Of a DNA stretch of 38,451 nucleotides, positions 32,694-38,451 are shown in pieces. The stretch is from Candidatus Dojkabacteria bacterium UBA2177 (GTDB lineage Bacteria; Patescibacteriota; Dojkabacteria; SC72): positions 1 to 38,451 of the forward strand of contig DCVX01000014.1 of the NCBI GenBank assembly GCA_002328805.1, read 5' to 3'. A program made the position numbers and the translations under genes. Numbering within the stretch: the stretch's first letter is position 1; each line of letters begins with the position of its first letter. Below the pieces are notes generated by a model. The model had not been told where the DNA came from. It made no database searches and saw only the letters and a program-made list of their open reading frames with translations.

Positions 32694-35600
32694 AAACGGT
32701 TTTGAAAATTTTGATGTTCTGCAATTAACCCTTGCATCCCCAGACCAAATTCTGGAATGGTCTTACGGAGAGGTTACAAAAGCAGAAACCATTAACTACA
32801 GAACCTTTAGATCTGAACCAGACGGATTATTCTGTGAAAAAATCTTTGGTCCTACAAAAAACTATGAATGTTACTGTGGGAAATATAAGAAGATTAGATA
32901 TAAGGGAATAGTCTGTGATAAATGTGGTGTGGAAGTTACAACAAAAGATTCTAGGAGAGAGAGAATGGGGCACATAGATCTTGTTGTTCCTGTAACACAT
33001 GTTTGGTTTGCATACGGAATTCCTAACAAGATGGCTATCGTTTTAGACATTCCTCATAAAAAGATACTCTCTGTTATCTACTACACTAGATATATGGTTG
33101 TTGAGATAGAGAAGAAAAAAAGATCCGAAATGCTGAAGAAAGCAGCAGCACTCAAGGAGGAAGAAGTTGCAGCATTAGAAGATGAACTTAAGGAAGAGCT
33201 CAAGCTTACAGAATCGGAATACGACAACCAGCTTAAGGAACTTAAGAAGTCTAAGGATAAGGGCAACGACTTTAAGATTAGTCAGATAGAACATAAGAGG
33301 AATCAAGCTCTTGCTAAAGTAAGAAAAGAATTTGCAGAGAAAGAAGAAGAGATAGATTCCTTCTACGAGAGAATTAACCAAATAATAGGAAGGGTGAAAG
33401 TAGGAAGTGTGATTTCAGAAGATGAATACACTGACCTTATGGAGAGAGATTTAGTCTTCTTTGAAGCAATGATGGGTGCCGAGGCAATTGAGAAACTTCT
33501 GGAGAAATTAGACTTAGATAAAGAGATAAGGAGATTAAGAATTAAGTCAGATAAAGAAAGGGGTGAGAAGAGGGCAAAGACTACTAGAAGGATACAATAC
33601 TTGGAGGGTTTCAAGAATAATGGAATCAGTCCAACATGGATGGTTCTAAATACTCTCCCAGTTTTACCGCCAGAGTTAAGGCCAATTATTCCTCTATCTG
33701 GAGGAAAGTTTGCAACTTCAGACCTAAATGACCTTTACAGAAGGGTTATTAATAGAAATAACAGACTTTCAAAACTAATAGAGATAGGAGCGCCTGATGT
33801 AATTTTGAGAAATGAAAAGAGAATGCTACAGGAGTCTGTAGATGCTCTAATAGATAATTCTCACAGACCATCTAAGCCAATGATGAACAGTAAGAGATTA
33901 CCTTACCAGTCACTAACAGATGATCTAAGAGGAAAGAAAGGAATCTTTAGAAAAAATCTTCTAGGAAAGAGAGTAGATTACTCAGGAAGAGCTGTTATTG
34001 AGGGAGATCCCAGTTTGAAATTTGACCAATGTGGTTTGCCAAAGTCCGTTGCTTTAGAGATGTTTAAACCATTTGTAATATTCCAACTCTTGGATCAAGA
34101 ACTTGCTCCAAATGTAAGAGTTGCAAAAGAGATGGTCGAGGAGGAATCAGATACCATTTGGGATATCTTAGAAAAAGTCATAAAGAATAGACCAGTGCTA
34201 TTGAATAGAGCCCCAACTCTACACAAGTATAGTGTCCAGGCATTCTATCCTAAGTTAGTAGAAGGTGAAGCAATTAGAATTCACCCATTAGTATGTAAAG
34301 CATTTAACGCAGACTTCGATGGAGACCAGATGGCTGTGCATATTCTTCTAACAGAAGAAGCTGAAGAAGAGGCAAAAAGGGATATGATGTCCTCAAAGAA
34401 TATTGTAAATATTTCTAATGGGCAGGTTTTAGCGACTCCTGCAAAAGATATGGTTATTGGGTTTTTCCTAATGACGGAGATGAAAGGAGTAGAGAAACCA
34501 AAATTATTTGCAAATCAGGATTTAGCTATTAAGGCATATGAAAGGGGCGAGATAAGTATCTCAGAAGAAATAATTGCAAGGATTAAAGGAGAGACACATC
34601 ATACTTCTGCTGGGAGGGTGATTTTCAACAGTATTTTTCCTGAAGATTTTCCATTTATAAATGAACAGATTAATATAAAAATTGTTAATGACATAATTAC
34701 TGAGATTAAGAAGGACAATCCTTTAGAGATGGTTGTTCAAATACTAGATGATCTTAAGTTACTAGGATTTAAGTATGCTACAGATTTAGGGTTCTCATTT
34801 GCAATGGGAGATTCTGAAGTAGATTTTGATCTTGAGACCGAAATAAAGAAGATGGAAGAAAAGGATGAGCAGTTGCAAGAAAACTATCTACAGGGCTTAA
34901 TGACGAAGGAGGAGAAGATTAAAATCTCAACTAATATGTGGGATGACTTCTCTGGAGAATTAGCAGATAAAGCATGGGAAAAGTTAGATAAAGATAATTC
35001 TATTTACCAAATGGTTGAATCTGGTGGTAACGGAGGTAAGATTCAGGCAAGACAGGTTCTTACTATTAAGGGGGTTGTTAGAGACTCCAGAGGAAACTGG
35101 GTTCCAATGCCGATCAAGAGTAACTATAGAGATGGTTTAAGTGCCTTTGAATACTTTGTTGCAGCAAATGGGGGGAGAAAAGGTATCGCAGATAGGTCTC
35201 TTAAGACATCATCTTCTGGTTATTTAACTAGAAAGTTGGTTGATGTTGCCCACGATGTAATTGTGAGGTGGGATGATTGTGGATACGAAGGAGAAGGATT
35301 TGTTATGAAGAAAAGTGATGACAGAAGAGAAGATTTTGAAGATAGAATATATGGAAGAGTCTTGGCCCAAGATGTAAAGGATGGGAAGAAGACCATTGCA
35401 AAGAAGAATGAGACAATTACAAAGGAAGTCGCTGATGAAATACTAGATGCAGGAATAGAGGAAGTCTATGTAAGAACTCCTATACTATGTAAAGCTCCAC
35501 TAGGAATTTGTAAGAAGTGTTACGGTTTGAACCTGGAGAATGATGAGGAGATAGAGATGGGTAAAGCTGTTGGCGTTATTGCTGCACAGTCCATTGGCGA

Positions 35601-36561
35601 ACCTGGTACACAGATGACGATGCAGACCTTCCATAAGGGAGGTGTTGCAAAGGTTGATATCACCCAAGGTCTTCCTAGAATTGAAGAGCTATTTGAAGCA
35701 AGAACACCAAAGGCGGAAGCAGAGATAGCCTCTATAGATGGAAAAGCAAATATTGAAGTTGCTGAAGACGAATCTGCTGTAATAACAATCATCGGAGAGA
35801 AGAAGATGACAAGGTATTATGTTGTAGCCAAAGCAAAGAAAGTTCTTGTAGAGGATGGTCAGGAGGTCAAGTCTGGGCAGGTAATGTATATAGATATGGA
35901 AGAGGTAGAGAGACAAGCCGCATTCGATGGGACTGTATCTCTAGAAGGTGGAATTCTTACAGTTAAGGGAAGAGTGAAGGCAGAAGAAACTATTTCAGTT
36001 CTTCCTGGAATTGAAATCTTGATAAAGAATGGACAGAAAGTTAAGGCAGGAGAGCAATTAACAGAAGGCTCTGTAGATCCTAAGAAATTGACAGAAGTTG
36101 CTAATATGGTTACTGCTCAGAAATATATACTAGACGAAGTCCAGAAGGTATTCAATGAACAGGGTGTAACAATAGATGACCTGCACATAGAGATTATCCT
36201 AAGACAGATGGTTAGGTTAGGAAAGGTGTTTGGTTCTGGAGACTCTGACTATTTGGTTGGATCTTTGGTAAACAGATTCCTTGCAGAGGCTAAAAATGAT
36301 CTTCTTTTGGAGGAAGGAAAGAATCAGGCCTTGATTATCCCTAAAATCCTTGGTATAAAGACATCAGCTTTGTATACAGAGAGCTTCCTTTCTGCCATAT
36401 CATTCCAAGAACAGGTAAGAGTACTTACAAGTACCGCTATTCTTGGGAAGAAGGATTATCTCAGAGGTATGAAGGAGAATGTAATTATTGGGAGACCTAT
36501 TCCAGTTGGAGAAAAAGCCAGGATAGAAGATATAAGGAAGATTCCAGAACTTAATTTTTAG
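32680..36561 (+). CDS. rpoC: DNA-directed RNA polymerase subunit beta-prime
   Basis: 1293 aa. Zinc ribbon CYCGKYKKIRYKGIVCDKCGVEV and catalytic NADFDGDQMAVH. GAGGAGG Shine-Dalgarno at 32664-32670. Overlaps the rpoB 3-prime end by 14 nt in another frame. Confidence 0.97.
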   Translation: MKKNKNGFENFDVLQLTLASPDQILEWSYGEVTKAETINYRTFRSEPDGLFCEKIFGPTKNYECYCGKYKKIRYKGIVCDKCGVEVTTKDSRRERMGHIDLVVPVTHVWFAYGIPNKMAIVLDIPHKKILSVIYYTRYMVVEIEKKKRSEMLKKAAALKEEEVAALEDELKEELKLTESEYDNQLKELKKSKDKGNDFKISQIEHKRNQALAKVRKEFAEKEEEIDSFYERINQIIGRVKVGSVISEDEYTDLMERDLVFFEAMMGAEAIEKLLEKLDLDKEIRRLRIKSDKERGEKRAKTTRRIQYLEGFKNNGISPTWMVLNTLPVLPPELRPIIPLSGGKFATSDLNDLYRRVINRNNRLSKLIEIGAPDVILRNEKRMLQESVDALIDNSHRPSKPMMNSKRLPYQSLTDDLRGKKGIFRKNLLGKRVDYSGRAVIEGDPSLKFDQCGLPKSVALEMFKPFVIFQLLDQELAPNVRVAKEMVEEESDTIWDILEKVIKNRPVLLNRAPTLHKYSVQAFYPKLVEGEAIRIHPLVCKAFNADFDGDQMAVHILLTEEAEEEAKRDMMSSKNIVNISNGQVLATPAKDMVIGFFLMTEMKGVEKPKLFANQDLAIKAYERGEISISEEIIARIKGETHHTSAGRVIFNSIFPEDFPFINEQINIKIVNDIITEIKKDNPLEMVVQILDDLKLLGFKYATDLGFSFAMGDSEVDFDLETEIKKMEEKDEQLQENYLQGLMTKEEKIKISTNMWDDFSGELADKAWEKLDKDNSIYQMVESGGNGGKIQARQVLTIKGVVRDSRGNWVPMPIKSNYRDGLSAFEYFVAANGGRKGIADRSLKTSSSGYLTRKLVDVAHDVIVRWDDCGYEGEGFVMKKSDDRREDFEDRIYGRVLAQDVKDGKKTIAKKNETITKEVADEILDAGIEEVYVRTPILCKAPLGICKKCYGLNLENDEEIEMGKAVGVIAAQSIGEPGTQMTMQTFHKGGVAKVDITQGLPRIEELFEARTPKAEAEIASIDGKANIEVAEDESAVITIIGEKKMTRYYVVAKAKKVLVEDGQEVKSGQVMYIDMEEVERQAAFDGTVSLEGGILTVKGRVKAEETISVLPGIEILIKNGQKVKAGEQLTEGSVDPKKLTEVANMVTAQKYILDEVQKVFNEQGVTIDDLHIEIILRQMVRLGKVFGSGDSDYLVGSLVNRFLAEAKNDLLLEEGKNQALIIPKILGIKTSALYTESFLSAISFQEQVRVLTSTAILGKKDYLRGMKENVIIGRPIPVGEKARIEDIRKIPELNF

Positions 36562-36573
36562 ACAGTTTTAATA

Positions 36574-36579
36574 TATAAT
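36574..36579 (+). promoter_or_regulatory. TATAAT hexamer 8 nt upstream of the rpsL ATG (candidate internal or leaderless-type promoter)
   Basis: TATAAT at 36574-36579, ATG at 36588, no Shine-Dalgarno. The -35 is weak (TTAATT at 36551-36556). Confidence 0.3.
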
Positions 36580-36587
36580 ACGACGCT

Positions 36588-37007
36588 ATGCCAACAATAA
36601 ATCAATTAATTAGAAAACCTAGGAAATCGAAATCTAAGAAAGCTAAACATATACAGCTTGCTAGGGATTTTAATCCTTTAAAGAATAAATATAAGAAAAC
36701 TCCTAATCCTTTTAAGAGAGGTGTATGCCTCCAAGTTAAGACAATGACACCTAAAAAGCCTAACTCAGCTTTGAGAAAAGTTGCTAGGGTAAGACTCTCT
36801 AATGGTATGGAGGTCACTGCATATATTCCAGGAGAGGGACATAATCTACAAGAGCACTCAGTTGTTCTTGTTAAAGCAGGTAGAAAGAGAGACCTTCCTG
36901 GTGTTAAATATATTGTTGTAAGAGGTAAGTATGATACAGCGGGTGTAAAAGGAAGAAGAAAGGCTAGGTCCAAATATGGTGTTAAGATTGAAGATATGGA
37001 AGAATAA
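36588..37007 (+). CDS. rpsL: 30S ribosomal protein S12
   Basis: [10 protein letters not shown]..., [48 protein letters not shown]. Has an N-terminal insert of about 12 aa and an acidic C-tail. Confidence 0.95.
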   Translation: MPTINQLIRKPRKSKSKKAKHIQLARDFNPLKNKYKKTPNPFKRGVCLQVKTMTPKKPNSALRKVARVRLSNGMEVTAYIPGEGHNLQEHSVVLVKAGRKRDLPGVKYIVVRGKYDTAGVKGRRKARSKYGVKIEDMEE

Positions 37008-37033
37008 TTCGTTTTTAATTTAAAGAAACTACT

Positions 37034-37504
37034 ATGAGAGGAAAAAGAGCAAAGAAAAGAGAACAGAAGAAGGATAGGAAATATAAGAGTGAGATCATTG
37101 GAAGGCTCATAAATAAGGTTATGCAGGGTGGGAGGAAATCGATAGCGGAGAGAATGGTTTATACAGCTTTAGAAAACGGAGCAGAGCAAGTTAAAGAAAA
37201 AGATGTTATTACATTTGTTGAGAGGGCGATAGATAATGTAAGACCAGCTTTAGAGATTAAAGCTAGAAGGGTAGGAGGAGCTAATTATCAAGTTCCAGTT
37301 CCAGTAACACCTAGAAGGCAGGAAGCTTTAGCAGTTAGGTGGATTGTGGATGCTGCTAGGAATAAGTCTGGGAAGTCCTTTGAAGAGATTCTAATGAATG
37401 AATTAGTATCTGCTTACAATGGAGAAGGAGATGCAGTTAAGAAGAAGTTAGATACCGAGAGGATGGCAGAGGCTAATAAAGCATTTGCACACTTTAGGTG
37501 GTAA
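37034..37504 (+). CDS. rpsG: 30S ribosomal protein S7
   Basis: 156 aa with GRKSIAERMVYTAL, ALEIKARRVGGANYQVPVPV and a C-terminal ANKAFAHFRW, all typical of S7. Follows rpsL. Confidence 0.95.
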   Translation: MRGKRAKKREQKKDRKYKSEIIGRLINKVMQGGRKSIAERMVYTALENGAEQVKEKDVITFVERAIDNVRPALEIKARRVGGANYQVPVPVTPRRQEALAVRWIVDAARNKSGKSFEEILMNELVSAYNGEGDAVKKKLDTERMAEANKAFAHFRW

Positions 37505-37529
37505 TCTTTTGTTAAATACGAAGTTAGAA

Positions 37530-37560
37530 GGGACCCAGAACAGGTCCCTTTTTATTTTTT
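37530..37560. terminator. Bidirectional rho-independent terminator shared by rpsG (+) and the convergent GT2 gene (-)
   Basis: Stem GGGACC (37530-37535), loop CAGAACA, stem GGTCCC (37543-37548), then TTTTTATTTTTT (37549-37560). On the other strand an A/T-rich run follows the hairpin. Located between two convergent stops. Confidence 0.75.
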
Positions 37561-38451
37561 ACTTCGTACTCTCTATCCTCTCCCACCCACCTTTAGGCAT
37601 TCCTTTTTTAAGAATATCTCTCTCCCAGAATATTCTAATCCAGGTTATTAATCTAACAGGGAATAACAATATAGACCAAAAAAACTCTTTAATATTAGAT
37701 GCATACTTAAGAACGAAAAATGTATAAGATAATTCAATTAAAAAACTTCTACTCTGTTTATCCCTCTGAAATACACCCATCCTTTTTAATTGTTTAAATC
37801 CCCCAAGAGATCTAACCTTCTGCTTGTAATAATCGCTTAGATTTGTTGGGTATTTAACATAACACACTGCTTTAGGAGCGTAGGCGATATCTAGGTTCAT
37901 ATTCCTCAAAGAATAGGAAATATAGGCATCGTCAGATAAAACATCCTCTGGGATATTAAAATCTATATTCCTGATTGCCATAATATACCCACTCATTGGA
38001 AAGAAGGAATCCCTCCCTACATAGTAATCTTCTCCTTGGATCTTCTCCATAGTTTTTTTCCTTCTATGGTCTGCAGAATCTGATAAAAGATGTCCCCAGT
38101 ATCCAAAACAATTATCCTTCTTATCTTGTGACTTGGGTCTACCACTAACACCTCCTACATTTTCTTCTTTAAATGGATCTACAAGTTTTTTAACGGCATT
38201 TTTTTCAAAATATACATCTCCATCTGTGAGAATTATAATATCCCCTTGTGCTTTCTTAAGGGCCATCTTAAGAGCAAAAGGCTTTCCCTTTTTAGGATCT
38301 CTTACCTGTATGTATTGACGCTTATTTAACCCAAGCTTATTAGCTTCTTTCTTCCCCTGCTTAAGGGTTAGTTCATCTGGGGATACTTGTATGATTTCAA
38401 ATGGGGTAGGGATACTAGAATATTTTCTGTCTGCGATTGAGGAAATACATT
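37559..38451 (-). CDS. Family 2 glycosyltransferase with C-terminal membrane segments; 5-prime end beyond the right window edge
   Basis: The track ORF starts at M 38266, but the frame stays open to the window edge. My translation upstream reads ...SPDELTLKQGKKEANKLGLNKRQYIQVRDPKKGKPFALK-MALKKAQGDIIILTDGDVYF. This is the GT2 GKxxALN...GDxIxxxDxD pattern, so the gene is 5-prime-truncated by the window. Confidence 0.8.
   Translation of the reverse strand, partial: CISSIADRKYSSIPTPFEIIQVSPDELTLKQGKKEANKLGLNKRQYIQVRDPKKGKPFALKMALKKAQGDIIILTDGDVYFEKNAVKKLVDPFKEENVGGVSGRPKSQDKKDNCFGYWGHLLSDSADHRRKKTMEKIQGEDYYVGRDSFFPMSGYIMAIRNIDFNIPEDVLSDDAYISYSLRNMNLDIAYAPKAVCYVKYPTNLSDYYKQKVRSLGGFKQLKRMGVFQRDKQSRSFLIELSYTFFVLKYASNIKEFFWSILLFPVRLITWIRIFWERDILKKGMPKGGWERIESTK

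Noticed and set aside
37485-37727. 80-aa plus-strand ORF overlapping the rpsG 3-prime end, the terminator and the GT2 gene. Also the 61-aa ORF at 38133-38318.
   Set aside because: The first runs through a strong rho-independent terminator and is antisense to a GT2 gene with clear family motifs. Both have low-complexity products and no start signals.
1-38451. Alternative genetic code (TGA as Gly or Trp, as in some CPR lineages and Mollicutes).
   Set aside because: Every long conserved gene (rpoB, rpoC, valS, metG, ftsK, dnaG, rnj) is full-length and uninterrupted under the standard code, with no in-frame TGA. There is therefore no positive evidence of reassignment in this window, only the absence of TGA stops, which is reported as a finding.
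1-38451. CRISPR arrays, insertion sequences, integrases, prophage remnants, toxin-antitoxin pairs or known defence genes.
   Set aside because: I saw no direct-repeat and spacer periodicity, no terminal inverted repeats flanking an ORF, and no transposase, integrase, nuclease-helicase or small paired ORFs. Every sizeable ORF is accounted for by housekeeping or envelope functions. Exhaustive repeat detection by eye is limited.

Overview
This is an AT-rich, very gene-dense bacterial chromosomal window with about 30 genes, two tRNAs and short spacers. It opens in a replication-origin-type neighbourhood, with dnaA divergent from rpmH-rnpA-yidD-yidC-jag. The rest is core housekeeping: an O-antigen-ligase-like membrane protein, tRNA-Ser and tRNA-Arg, an FtsA/PilM-like actin ATPase plus a 628-aa bitopic membrane protein, RNase J, ValRS, MetRS, a PilN/PilO-like trio of small membrane proteins and RpoD. 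A nine-gene co-directional minus-strand array follows: ftsK, rodZ-like, dnaG, SAM-MTase::Trm112-like, rsmA, a small membrane protein, an MraY/WecA-like GT4, a PEGA protein and an SDR-like::DUF4012 998-aa protein. The window ends with rpoB-rpoC-rpsL-rpsG and a convergent GT2 glycosyltransferase that runs off the right edge. Domain-minimal housekeeping proteins and many bitopic membrane proteins of unknown function suggest a reduced Patescibacteria/CPR-type genome; this is inference, not proof. I found no CRISPR array, transposase or integrase, prophage, toxin-antitoxin pair or recognisable defence gene, so I cannot point to a clear-cut novel system. The best candidates for undescribed biology are: (1) the FtsA/PilM-like ATPase coupled to the 628-aa membrane protein, which may be linked through a shared promoter core to the orphan PilN/PilO-like trio; (2) an envelope module whose two enzyme-like members (MraY/WecA-like GT4 and SDR-like::DUF4012) both lack canonical catalytic residues; (3) window-wide expression signals, namely zero TGA stops among 30 visible gene ends and a recurring TATAAT-N6-8-ATG leaderless-like start architecture; (4) native RpoB and S12 residues at classical rifampicin and streptomycin resistance positions. 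All functional calls come from reading motifs by eye. No database search was run.
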